From NCBI GenBank assembly GCA_012965075.1, contig DTSY01000153.1, forward strand, positions 3,728-61,231: a DNA stretch of 57,504 nt, read 5' to 3'. The notes below the pieces were generated by a model. That model was not told the DNA's origin. It saw nothing but the letters and a program-made list of their open reading frames with translations, and searched no databases. Within the stretch, counting starts at the first letter, position 1. Each line of letters begins with the position of its first letter. Both the position numbers and the translations under genes were made by a program. This DNA is from Gammaproteobacteria bacterium (GTDB taxonomy: Bacteria > Pseudomonadota > Gammaproteobacteria > Magnimaribacterales > Magnimaribacteraceae). Positions 11,163 to 20,304 of the stretch are shown piece by piece.

Positions 11163-12182
11163 ATGGCGCAGAAAAAGGTAACAAATATCAAGGAAATAGA
11201 TAAAAGCAAGCAATTAGAAGCTGCACTAGGCCAGATTGAACGTCAATTTGGATCGGGTACGGTCATGCGTATGGGGGATAAGAAGCTAGAGAAGATACCA
11301 GCTATACCTACCGGGTCACTTGGATTAGATTTAGCTTTAGGGATAGGCGGCTTGCCCAGAGGAAGAGTTGTTGAAATATACGGTCCTGAATCTTCAGGAA
11401 AAACAACTTTGACTTTAGAGGTCATTGCTCAATGTCAAAAACTAGGTGGAACAGCAGCATTTATTGATGCTGAACATGCTTTAGATCCCATCTACGCAGA
11501 GAAGCTTGGTGTTAATGTTGAAGAGTTATTAATTTCACAACCTGATACTGGAGAACAGGCGTTAGAAGTAGCTGACATAATGGTCCACTCTGGAGGAATT
11601 GATATATTGGTAATCGATTCGGTTGCTGCTTTGGTTCCCAAAGCGGAGATAGAAGGAGAAATGGGCGATTCTCATATTGGTTTACAAGCTCGGTTGATGT
11701 CACAAGCTTTGAGAAAAATTACGGGTAATGTTAAGAGATCAAATACTTTAGTTATCTTTATCAATCAGATTAGATACAAAATAGGGGTTATGTTTGGAAG
11801 TCCAGAAACTACTTCTGGAGGCAATGCCCTTAAATTCTATGCCTCCGTCCGATTAGATATTAGAAGGATTGGTACTGTTAAAGAAGGAGATGAGGTTGTA
11901 GGAAATGAAACTAGAGTTAAAGTTGTAAAAAATAAATGTGCTCCACCCTTTAAACAGGCTGAATTTCAAATTATTTACAACAAAGGTATCAACAGGTTAG
12001 GTGAGCTTTTAGACAGGGGGTCTGATTTAGGCATCTTAGAAAAATCTGGATCTTGGTACAGCTTGGAAGGTGAGAAGATAGGACAAGGTAAAGCAAATGC
12101 CGCGGAATTTTTACAAGAAAACCCTAAGATCGCTGAAAAAATAGAAAAGCAGATACTAGAAACTTTAGCTGAAAAAGAATAA
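11163..12182 (+). CDS. recA: recombinase RecA
   Basis: 339 aa. Motifs are [16 protein letters not shown], Walker [30 protein letters not shown] and [35 protein letters not shown]. Confidence 0.98.
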   Translation: MAQKKVTNIKEIDKSKQLEAALGQIERQFGSGTVMRMGDKKLEKIPAIPTGSLGLDLALGIGGLPRGRVVEIYGPESSGKTTLTLEVIAQCQKLGGTAAFIDAEHALDPIYAEKLGVNVEELLISQPDTGEQALEVADIMVHSGGIDILVIDSVAALVPKAEIEGEMGDSHIGLQARLMSQALRKITGNVKRSNTLVIFINQIRYKIGVMFGSPETTSGGNALKFYASVRLDIRRIGTVKEGDEVVGNETRVKVVKNKCAPPFKQAEFQIIYNKGINRLGELLDRGSDLGILEKSGSWYSLEGEKIGQGKANAAEFLQENPKIAEKIEKQILETLAEKE

Positions 12183-12202
12183 TTTCTCTTCCTCAGATAA
12201 AT

Positions 12203-13474
12203 TTATTGGATTTTATTTAGGACTTCATCTGGGATGAGTGAGACTATTTTATCTTCACCTCTCATCTTGAATTCAACCTTATTCTCTCTAAAAGATTTTT
12301 CTCCGATGATAATCATTTGAGGTATTCCAATTAATTCCATATCAGAAAATTTTACCCCAGCACTTTGATCCCTATCATCCCAAAGAACTTCATGTCCTTG
12401 CTCTTTTAAGGAGGTGTATATTTGGTTACAAAGATTTTTAAGGTTTTTCTCACCTTTAGGGTTTATTTCAACTAAGGCAGTTGTGTAGGGACTAATTTCT
12501 TTAGACCAGATTATTCCTTTATCATCATGATTTTGTTCGATAGCAGCAGCAACTATTCTTGATATACCTATGCCATAACAGCCCATTTCAGGGTAAATAT
12601 TTCCATTCTCAGATTGGACGGTAAGTTTCATACTTTCAGAGTATTTTCTTCCTAGTTTGAAGATATGACCTACTTCAATACCTCTTTTTAATTTTAACTT
12701 ACCCTTTCCATCAGGACTATCTTGTCCTTCCAGGCTTCGCGGATCCTGGTCAGATTTTGATTCTATTAACAATTCAGCATTAATTGCATAATCACTTTTG
12801 TCGCTAAAAGCTAGTAGATCTTCACCAGAATCTGCTAATACATGAAATTCTTCTGAATCAGCCCCCCCTATAGCTCCACTGTCTGCTTTTACTATTCTGT
12901 AATCTAAACCAAGAGAATTAAAAATCCTTACGTACGCATCCCTCATACTTTGATAGCTGTCATCCATTTGTTGTTCTGAAAGATCAAAAGAATAGGCATC
13001 TTTCATGATGAACTCTCTAGATCTCATAACACCAAACCTAGGTCGAATTTCATCTCTAAATTTAGTCTGTATTTGGTAGAAGATAACAGGAAGCTGTTTG
13101 TGGCTTCTTATTTCATTCCTACACAAGTCTGTAATTATTTCTTCGTGGGTAGGGCCTAAGCAGAATTCTCTATCGTGTCTATCTTCAAATATTAATAATT
13201 CTTTACCGTATTGTTGCCACCTTCCTGATTCTTTCCACAATTCTCCAGGTTGAACCATTGGCATCAAGATTTCTTGCGCTCCAGATTTTTCCATTTCTCT
13301 TCTAACAATATTTTCTACCTTTCTAAGGACTTTTACTCCTAGAGGCAACCAGTTATATATCCCCGATGCTACCTGTCTTATTAACCCTGCCTTTAACATT
13401 AATTTATGGCTTATAGTTTCTGCGTCAGAAGGGTTTTCTCTTTGAGTTGCTAAGAGTAAATTACTAGTTTTCAT
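12203..13474 (-). CDS. proS: proline--tRNA ligase, bacterial type, lacking the INS editing domain
   Basis: 423 aa. It is collinear with E. coli ProRS through motifs 1-2 (FYQIQTKFRDEIRPRFGVMRSREFIMKDAYSF), then again from SPDG.G.L..KRGIEVGHIF to the C-terminal anticodon-binding domain. The roughly 150-180 aa INS block is replaced by a short linker at aa ~231-255. Confidence 0.92.
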   Translation of the reverse strand: MKTSNLLLATQRENPSDAETISHKLMLKAGLIRQVASGIYNWLPLGVKVLRKVENIVRREMEKSGAQEILMPMVQPGELWKESGRWQQYGKELLIFEDRHDREFCLGPTHEEIITDLCRNEIRSHKQLPVIFYQIQTKFRDEIRPRFGVMRSREFIMKDAYSFDLSEQQMDDSYQSMRDAYVRIFNSLGLDYRIVKADSGAIGGADSEEFHVLADSGEDLLAFSDKSDYAINAELLIESKSDQDPRSLEGQDSPDGKGKLKLKRGIEVGHIFKLGRKYSESMKLTVQSENGNIYPEMGCYGIGISRIVAAAIEQNHDDKGIIWSKEISPYTTALVEINPKGEKNLKNLCNQIYTSLKEQGHEVLWDDRDQSAGVKFSDMELIGIPQMIIIGEKSFRENKVEFKMRGEDKIVSLIPDEVLNKIQ

Positions 13475-13571
13475 GGTTAATTTTTACTTGCTCAATATTA
13501 ACATTTAGTAAAAGAGTAAACGAGATAATAAGTAAATAAGCTTATGTTGGTATAATTCTCACTCAATTAGT

Positions 13572-13868
13572 ATGCCCACTTACGTATTTAAGGAAAAAGG
13601 TAAAAGAAAGTTGATTGAAGTTCAGATGAAGATATCTGAACTTGATTCTTTTAAGTTAAACAATCCTAAACTTAAACAGATTCCAACAGCTCCATCTTTT
13701 AGGCTGAAAGGGACAGGTTGGTATGAAACTGACTTCAAAACTGGAAAAAGGAAAAACCTAGCTAAAAATGATGAAGATAAGCAAGGTAATTTAAGTAAAA
13801 CTAAGACTGAGAACAAAATAAAGAAAGATAAGGTTAAAAAGAAAGAAGAGAAATCAGAAAGTTCTTAA
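13572..13868 (+). CDS. FmdB-like small protein without zinc-ribbon cysteines; K/E-rich tail
   Basis: MPTYVF....APSFRLKGTGWYETDFKTGKRKNL resembles gammaproteobacterial FmdB/CxxC_CxxC_SSSS proteins (MPIYEY.C..CG...CP.CG...SAP.F.LKGSGWYETDF). There is no Cys anywhere in the 98 aa. Confidence 0.55.
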   Translation: MPTYVFKEKGKRKLIEVQMKISELDSFKLNNPKLKQIPTAPSFRLKGTGWYETDFKTGKRKNLAKNDEDKQGNLSKTKTENKIKKDKVKKKEEKSESS

Positions 13869-13880
13869 ACGGTGCAGATT

Positions 13881-15653
13881 ATGAAGAATATAGAAACAAT
13901 AAAATGCGGATCTATAACCAAGAAGAAACTTAACTCAGTTGTTGAGGTTTGTGGCTGGATACACAGAAGAAGGGATCATGGAGGAGTCATTTTCTTTGAT
14001 TTAAGAGATGAGTCTGGTTTAGTCCAAGTGGTCTGCAACCCAGAAGAAAAAGATACTTTTGCACTGGCAGAGACTTGTAGGAGTGAATACGTAATTTCAG
14101 TTGTAGGAAAAGTGAGGGAAAGACCAGAAGGAACAGTTAACCTAGAGTTAGATACAGGGGAAGTAGAGGTAGTTGGATCCTTTCTTAAAATTCTCAACCC
14201 CTCGTTACCTATACCTTTCCAATTAGATGAGCACGCTTCAGTAGGTGAAGAAACTAGACTTAAATACAGGTTCTTAGATTTAAGAAGAGAAGAAATGCAG
14301 AAAAATATTAGATTAAGATCTAAAACTTCTAAATGCGTTAGAGATTATCTTGAAACTAATGAATTTATTGAAATTGAGACTCCTTTGCTTACTAAGGCAA
14401 CTCCAGAAGGAGCAAGGGACTATCTTGTACCCAGTAGAACATTTCCAGGTTCATTTTTTGCGCTCCCTCAGTCTCCACAGTTATTTAAACAAACTTTAAT
14501 GGCTTCAGGGTTTCAACGGTACTACCAATTCGCTCGATGCTTTAGGGATGAAGATCTGCGCTCTGATAGGCAACCAGAATTTACTCAGATAGATTTAGAG
14601 TGCTCTTTTGTAACCTCGCAAAATATTAAGGACTTAGTGACTGATTTATTAAAAAAAGTCTTCTTTGAAGTTCTAAATATTAAGCTGGGAAAATTTCCTA
14701 CTATGACTTATGAAGATGCAGTTGCCAAATTCGGTACTGACAAACCTGATTTAAGAAACCCTCTTGAGCTAGAAGATGTATCAGAATTGTTTGTAAGTTC
14801 TGAATTTAAAGTTTTTAACGACCCAGCAAATTCTAAAGATTCAAAAATAGCATGTTTAAGAGTTCCAGGAGGAGAAGTTCTAACTAGGAAACAAATAGAT
14901 GATTACACAGAATTTGTATCAAATTTTGGAGCTAAGGGATTAGCTTATATAAGAGTAGAAGACCCAGGGAAGGGTAAGGAAGGCTTACATTCACCTATTC
15001 TTAAGTTTTTGGAAGATGATATTGTAAAAACTTTATTGCAAAGGGTAGGAGCTCAGAAAGGAGATATTATCTTCTTTGGAGCTGGACCTAACAAGATAGT
15101 TAATGACTCTTTAGCTGCCTTGAGAATTGAGTTAGGAAAAAATCTCAATTTATTAACTAGTGATTGGGCTCCTTGTTGGATAACTGATTTTCCCATGTTT
15201 GAACTTAATGCAAGTGGAGAAATCACTCCTCTACATCATCCCTTCACATCACCTAAATGTAGCAAGGAGGAGCTTATAAAAGATCCTCTAAGTTGCTTAT
15301 CAGATGCATATGATATTGTCCTTAATGGTCTAGAACTAGGAGGAGGATCAGTGCGTATTCATGACCACGAAATGTTGTCTTCTGTATTAGAAGTCCTGGG
15401 AATAAATAAGAAGGAAGGGGAGGAAAAATTCGGATTCTTATTATCGGCTCTACAACATGGTTGTCCTCCTCATGCTGGATTAGCAATCGGTTTTGATCGT
15501 TTAATTATGCTTATGACTTCGTCTGAATCTATAAGAGATGTAATAGCATTCCCTAAAACACAGACAGCTTCTTGTTTGATGACGGATGCACCCGGACAGG
15601 CTTCATCAGACCAGTTAGATGAGTTAAAAATTATTGTTGATAAGGATGATTAG
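13881..15653 (+). CDS. aspS: aspartate--tRNA ligase
   Basis: About 590 aa. It has an N-terminal OB domain ([31 protein letters not shown]), [34 protein letters not shown] and [10 protein letters not shown] prefer ATG 13881 over GTG 13872. Confidence 0.96.
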   Translation: MKNIETIKCGSITKKKLNSVVEVCGWIHRRRDHGGVIFFDLRDESGLVQVVCNPEEKDTFALAETCRSEYVISVVGKVRERPEGTVNLELDTGEVEVVGSFLKILNPSLPIPFQLDEHASVGEETRLKYRFLDLRREEMQKNIRLRSKTSKCVRDYLETNEFIEIETPLLTKATPEGARDYLVPSRTFPGSFFALPQSPQLFKQTLMASGFQRYYQFARCFRDEDLRSDRQPEFTQIDLECSFVTSQNIKDLVTDLLKKVFFEVLNIKLGKFPTMTYEDAVAKFGTDKPDLRNPLELEDVSELFVSSEFKVFNDPANSKDSKIACLRVPGGEVLTRKQIDDYTEFVSNFGAKGLAYIRVEDPGKGKEGLHSPILKFLEDDIVKTLLQRVGAQKGDIIFFGAGPNKIVNDSLAALRIELGKNLNLLTSDWAPCWITDFPMFELNASGEITPLHHPFTSPKCSKEELIKDPLSCLSDAYDIVLNGLELGGGSVRIHDHEMLSSVLEVLGINKKEGEEKFGFLLSALQHGCPPHAGLAIGFDRLIMLMTSSESIRDVIAFPKTQTASCLMTDAPGQASSDQLDELKIIVDKDD

Positions 15654-15655
15654 CT

Positions 15656-16402
15656 ATGGCTGGACATTCTAAATGGGCAAATATTAAGCACAGGAAGGGT
15701 AGGCAAGATGCTAAAAGGGGAAAAATATTTTCCCGTCTAATTAGAGAACTAACAGTAGCTTCCAGGCTAGGAGGGCCAGTTGCAGAAGACAACCCTAGGC
15801 TAAGAACTGCCTTAGATAAAGCTTTATCTGCAAACATGCCAAAAGATACGATTGAAAGGGCTATACAAAGGGGATCTGGATCAGCAGAAGGAGACGACCT
15901 GGAAGAAACTACCTTTGAAGGTTATGGTCCAGGGGGTGTCGCCATAATTGTTGAATCTATGACTGATAACAACAATAGGACAGTAGCTGAAGTAAGGCAT
16001 GCCTTTTCCAAAGCAGGAGGAAACCTAGGGACAGATGGTTCTGTTTCATATCTTTTTATCAAAAAAGGATTGATACAATTAAGTAACAACACAAGCTTAG
16101 AACAGGTACTGGAAGTTGCAATAGAAGCTGGAGCTGAAGATATAGAAGAGAACTCAGATCAGTCAATAACCATTTCTACCTTACCCGAAGATTTTGATCC
16201 AGTTAAGAAAGCATTAATTGATAAAGAAATAGAAACGCTAGAGTCTGAAATTAGTTTAGTTCCGGAGACCAGTGTTTCTACAGACTTAGAAACTTCGATA
16301 AAGATTTATAAGCTGTTAGAAGCTTTGGAAGATTTAGACGACACTCAAAATGTACATTCAAATGCAGATTTTCCTGAGGAGATCGTTGAGCATCTAGATT
16401 AG
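15656..16402 (+). CDS. yebC: YebC/PmpR-family transcriptional regulator
   Basis: 248 aa. MAGHSKWANIKHRKGRQDAKRGKIFSRLIRE is the family-signature N-terminus. It follows the aspS-yebC order. Confidence 0.93.
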   Translation: MAGHSKWANIKHRKGRQDAKRGKIFSRLIRELTVASRLGGPVAEDNPRLRTALDKALSANMPKDTIERAIQRGSGSAEGDDLEETTFEGYGPGGVAIIVESMTDNNNRTVAEVRHAFSKAGGNLGTDGSVSYLFIKKGLIQLSNNTSLEQVLEVAIEAGAEDIEENSDQSITISTLPEDFDPVKKALIDKEIETLESEISLVPETSVSTDLETSIKIYKLLEALEDLDDTQNVHSNADFPEEIVEHLD

Positions 16403-16404
16403 CC

Positions 16405-16815
16405 ATGACAAATTCAAGGAATAAAGGGGCATCTTTTGAAAGAGAAATTGGAAATCTATTAACTGCAGATCTTGGCTTGAATAACAATGTAAGAAGAATT
16501 CTAGAACAAACCAGGGAAAAGCACTTGCCCGATTTAATGCTAGGACGATGGTACATAGAATGTAAAAGATATGGTACAGGTGCTGAACCACTGGAAGCTT
16601 GGTGGCAGCAAGTTCTTGATGCTACTCGTGAAGAAGGAATTCCAGCACTTGTATATAAGTTTGATAGAAGACCCATCAAAGTAAGGGTTCCCCTCGGAGC
16701 CATTAATCCTGAGTTAAATATTAATGCTCCTTATACTGCAGATCTACTATGGGAAGATTTTATCTTTCTTCTTAAAAATCTTTATAAGGAAGATATACAA
16801 GACCATGATTTATAA
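16405..16815 (+). CDS. PD-(D/E)XK nuclease-fold protein with Hjc-like (Holliday-junction-resolvase-like) motifs
   Basis: 136 aa. It carries NKGASFEREIGNLL (Glu helix), hydrophobic-PDL (Asp) and YIECK (E-x-K), in the order and spacing seen in archaeal Hjc. No RuvC (RNase-H-like) motifs are present. It is packed 2 nt after yebC and 2 nt before ybgC. Confidence 0.55.
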   Translation: MTNSRNKGASFEREIGNLLTADLGLNNNVRRILEQTREKHLPDLMLGRWYIECKRYGTGAEPLEAWWQQVLDATREEGIPALVYKFDRRPIKVRVPLGAINPELNINAPYTADLLWEDFIFLLKNLYKEDIQDHDL

Positions 16816-16817
16816 AG

Positions 16818-17216
16818 ATGCATATTTTGCCAATTAAAGTTTATTACGAAGATACTGATGCTCAGGGGGTAGTTTATTACGCAAACTACTTAAAGTTTTT
16901 TGAGAGAGCAAGGACAGAATATCTTCGAGAGATAGGCTATGAGCAGAAGAACTTGATGGAACAAGGAGCTATTTTTGTTGTCAGAGAAGTATCTATAGAA
17001 TTCAAAAAACCAGCCTACCTAGACCAGCAAATTGAAGTACATACTCGAATCATAAAAGCAGGAAAAGTTAGCTTTGATTTTACTCAAGAAGTTTTTACTG
17101 ATGAAGGTGACTTATTGTGTGGTGGGATTGTTAAATGCGGTTGTCTTGGTTTAAAAAATTTTAAACCCAAAGCTCTTCCTAGCAAGTTATACCAAGGTAT
17201 GAAATCATTGCTATAA
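16818..17216 (+). CDS. ybgC: Tol-Pal-associated acyl-CoA thioesterase (4HBT fold)
   Basis: 132 aa. VYYEDTDAQGVVYYANYLKFFERARTEYLR is the YbgC/4HBT signature. It lies directly upstream of tolQ. Confidence 0.88.
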   Translation: MHILPIKVYYEDTDAQGVVYYANYLKFFERARTEYLREIGYEQKNLMEQGAIFVVREVSIEFKKPAYLDQQIEVHTRIIKAGKVSFDFTQEVFTDEGDLLCGGIVKCGCLGLKNFKPKALPSKLYQGMKSLL

Positions 17217-17221
17217 GAACT

Positions 17222-17890
17222 ATGTCATTTTCAATCATCGATCTTATTCTCAATGCTAGTGTGGTAGTTCAGCTGGTTATTTTTTTACTTTTGTTAGCTT
17301 CAATTTTCTCTTGGATGGTTATTTTTGAAAGGTGGGTATATTTAAGTAAATCAAACCAAGAATTAGTTAGTTTTGAAGATCTATTCTGGTCAGATGCAGG
17401 CCTAGAGGCTGTTTTTAAGAAAGGCCAAGAAGAAAACTATGTAGCCATTGGAGCTGAATGTATTTTTAGATCGGGATATCAAGAATACAGGAATATTAAT
17501 GACCAAGATTTAGAGCCAGAAACAGTGTTAGAAGGAGCAGAAAGAGCTATGAGAATATCTCTTTCAAGGGAACAAGCTGCGCTGGAGAAACATTTACCCT
17601 TTTTAGCTACTGTAGCTTCTGCATCACCCTATGTTGGTTTATTTGGAACAGTTTGGGGAATTATGAATTCTTTTAGAGGGTTGGCAGAAACTAACCAAGC
17701 TACCTTATCAACAGTCGCTCCAGGTATCTCAGAAGCCTTAATAGCCACAGCGATAGGTCTTTTTGCAGCAATACCAGCTTTAATTGCATACAACAGATAC
17801 ACAACTTCAGTTGAAACACTTCTTTCAAGTTTTGAAAATTTTATGGATGAATTCTCTATTGTTCTGCACAGAGACCTTTACAAGAAATGA
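17222..17890 (+). CDS. tolQ: Tol-Pal system protein TolQ
   Basis: 222 aa and three TM segments. It has the MotA/TolQ/ExbB motif LATVASASPYVGLFGTVWGIM..F...TVAPGISEALIATAIGLFAAIPA. Confidence 0.93.
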   Translation: MSFSIIDLILNASVVVQLVIFLLLLASIFSWMVIFERWVYLSKSNQELVSFEDLFWSDAGLEAVFKKGQEENYVAIGAECIFRSGYQEYRNINDQDLEPETVLEGAERAMRISLSREQAALEKHLPFLATVASASPYVGLFGTVWGIMNSFRGLAETNQATLSTVAPGISEALIATAIGLFAAIPALIAYNRYTTSVETLLSSFENFMDEFSIVLHRDLYKK

Positions 17891-18312
17891 TTTCAAGAAG
17901 GAGAAGAAGATCATTACTTTCTGATATAAATGTAGTTCCGTATATAGATGTTATGTTAGTGCTTCTGGTTGTATTCATGATAGCGGCACCTTTAATGGTT
18001 CAAGGCGTCTTAGTAAATCTCCCTGAGACTCTATCTGAGCCATTACCAAGAGAAAAAAACGATCCTTTAATCATTTCTATTAAGTCAGATGGCGTATTTT
18101 TTCTTGAAACTCAAGCTACTAGGAACACACCGCTTAATTTAGAAGATCTTTCAGTTCAGGTAGACAAAATTCTTAAAGCAAACCCTTATTTACAGGTAGT
18201 AGTAAGAGGAGATGGGAATGTTAAATACCAGAAAGTCATGGAGTTAATGTCCGTGCTACAAGCTTCAGGTGCTGAGGATGTCGGTTTAATAACCCAACCC
18301 CCATCTTCGTAA
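17887..18312 (+). CDS. tolR: Tol-Pal system protein TolR
   Basis: 141 aa. The LSDINVVPYIDVMLVLLVVFMI N-terminal TM segment has the conserved Asp. It overlaps tolQ by 4 nt. Confidence 0.9.
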   Translation: MISRRRRRSLLSDINVVPYIDVMLVLLVVFMIAAPLMVQGVLVNLPETLSEPLPREKNDPLIISIKSDGVFFLETQATRNTPLNLEDLSVQVDKILKANPYLQVVVRGDGNVKYQKVMELMSVLQASGAEDVGLITQPPSS

Positions 18313-18315
18313 AAC

Positions 18316-18927
18316 ATGCAAAATTACCTTTCAGGGTTCTTTGTTTCTCTCTTTCTGCATTTAGGGTTAGTTTTATCTTTCGCCAACTTCTTTCAAATAG
18401 ATAATCTTTACTCACTTAACAAAGTTGAACCAATGCCCGCTTATCTTGTGTTTGAAAAACCTCAAGTTATTACAAAGAAAAAAAATATTAAGAAGGTTAA
18501 AGAATTGATACAAGAAGAACTAATAATTGACCCTGCAGTCATAGAAACTGCCAATGCAAAAGCAGAGATAGAAACTGTAAAAGTGGAAAAGGACTTGTTG
18601 TTGAAACAAATATTGGGTAAAGAGGTTAAAGGTTCTGTTGAGGAAATCTCTTATTATTCAAATCTTATTAGAGATCAAGTAATAATAAATTGGAAACAAC
18701 CAAGTTCTGCAAAAAAAGGAATGTCAGCTGAAATACTCATAACACTAGTTCCCACTGGAGAAATTGTTCAAGTAAAGCTTACCAAGACCAGTGGAAACCA
18801 AGCTTTTGATGGTTCTGCCCTTAATGCTGTTCAAAAGGTATCCAAATTTGAAGGCCTAGATATGGGTAGGAGGTTATTTGATAATAATTTTAGAAAGTTC
18901 ACTTTAGTATTTAATCCTGAAAATTAG
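18316..18927 (+). CDS. tolA: Tol-Pal system protein TolA (short form)
   Basis: 203 aa. It has an N-terminal TM anchor, a short K/E-rich linker, and a TolA/TonB-type C-terminal domain (...INWKQPSS...ILITLVPTGEIVQVKLTKTSGNQAFDGSALNAVQKV). Its position is between tolR and tolB. Confidence 0.75.
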   Translation: MQNYLSGFFVSLFLHLGLVLSFANFFQIDNLYSLNKVEPMPAYLVFEKPQVITKKKNIKKVKELIQEELIIDPAVIETANAKAEIETVKVEKDLLLKQILGKEVKGSVEEISYYSNLIRDQVIINWKQPSSAKKGMSAEILITLVPTGEIVQVKLTKTSGNQAFDGSALNAVQKVSKFEGLDMGRRLFDNNFRKFTLVFNPEN

Positions 18928-18931
18928 ACCT

Positions 18932-20230
18932 ATGATCTATAGAATTTCGACACTTTTATTTCTTATTTTCAGCTCCTTTTTGACATCAGAATTAAGAATA
19001 GAAATAACTGAAGGAATAAAAGATCCGATTCGTATAGCAATAGTACCAATAGTCTGGAATCTTGAAAATCCACCAAGAAAGTATCTGCATGAAATTATAT
19101 CTTCTGATTTAGAGTCCTTTGGGGAATTCGAGTCATTATCACCAAAAGAAATGTTAAGTCTTCCAAAAACTGATAAAGAATTATTTTATAGGGACTGGAA
19201 ACTTTTAGACGTTGATTATTTAGTTTTAGGATCAGCTTCACAAGGAGAAGTGAAAGGGGAAGTAGTAGTGAATTTCTCTCTATTTAATGTCACTAGGGAA
19301 AGGTTAATGAAACGATCTATAAGTACAGGTACTACCTTTTATTTAAATGCTTTGGCTCATGTCATCAGTGACAGAATATATAATGAAATCAATGGTTTAC
19401 CAGGAATATTTTCAACGAAAATTTCCTATATAAATAAAAATAATTCTTCTGATGAAAAATACTTTCTTAGAGTTGCTGACATAGATGGCAGAAATGATTC
19501 AATTATTTTTTCTTCTACTGAGCCCCTTATGTCTCCTGATTGGTCTTCTGATGGAAGACGTTTGGCTTATGTTTCCTTTGAAGAAGGTACTTCAAGAATA
19601 TTTATCCAAGAGATCTACACAGGAAAAAGAAAAAGTTTAAAACTGGAGAAAGGAATTAATAGTTCACCTAACTGGTCTCCTTCAGACAGATATTTAGCTG
19701 CTGTCCTTTCCAAAGGAGATAATCCAGATATTTATAGATACGATTTGGAAAAAGATTCATGGAAACAATTAACAAATCATTTTGGAATTGATACTGAACC
19801 CGATTGGTCGCCTGATGGAAAGAAGATAATTTTTACATCCAATCGAAGTGGTACACCTCAAATTTATGAAATGACTATTTCAAATGGAAAGATTAGACGA
19901 AAAACTTTTGAAGGAACTTACAATGCAAGGGCTAGATACACCCCAGATGGAAGGAGTTTTGTATTTGTGCACAGAAGAGATGAGCTATTCCATATAGCTG
20001 TCCAGAGCCTAAGAACTGCTAAGCTACAAATTTTAACTGATACTAGACTTGATGAATCTCCTACTATTTCTCCTAACGGGAAGGTAATCATTTATGCGAC
20101 TAAAGAGAAGGAAAAAGATATTCTTGCTGGAATATCAATAGATGGAAAAACAAGATTTACCTTACCCACTAGCTCAGGTGGAGTAAGGGAACCCAACTGG
20201 TCCCCTTTATTAGTTTCCACAAGCAACTAA
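18932..20230 (+). CDS. tolB: Tol-Pal system beta-propeller protein TolB
   Basis: 432 aa with a signal peptide. It shows repeated PDWSPDG / PNWSP propeller-blade motifs. Confidence 0.93.
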   Translation: MIYRISTLLFLIFSSFLTSELRIEITEGIKDPIRIAIVPIVWNLENPPRKYLHEIISSDLESFGEFESLSPKEMLSLPKTDKELFYRDWKLLDVDYLVLGSASQGEVKGEVVVNFSLFNVTRERLMKRSISTGTTFYLNALAHVISDRIYNEINGLPGIFSTKISYINKNNSSDEKYFLRVADIDGRNDSIIFSSTEPLMSPDWSSDGRRLAYVSFEEGTSRIFIQEIYTGKRKSLKLEKGINSSPNWSPSDRYLAAVLSKGDNPDIYRYDLEKDSWKQLTNHFGIDTEPDWSPDGKKIIFTSNRSGTPQIYEMTISNGKIRRKTFEGTYNARARYTPDGRSFVFVHRRDELFHIAVQSLRTAKLQILTDTRLDESPTISPNGKVIIYATKEKEKDILAGISIDGKTRFTLPTSSGGVREPNWSPLLVSTSN

Positions 20231-20304
20231 TCCCAAAAAATGTAGTCAAATTCCAAGAGGTTATTTTAAATAAAAGAAAGTATAATTATTCAAAGGAGTT
20301 AAGT

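Noticed and set aside
16278-16703. 141-aa ORF antisense to the yebC 3' end and the Hjc-like gene
   Set aside because: It lies entirely within well-supported sense-strand genes. It has no recognisable motifs and a Ser/Leu/Pro/Cys-rich composition typical of shadow frames. It is most simply an antisense artefact.
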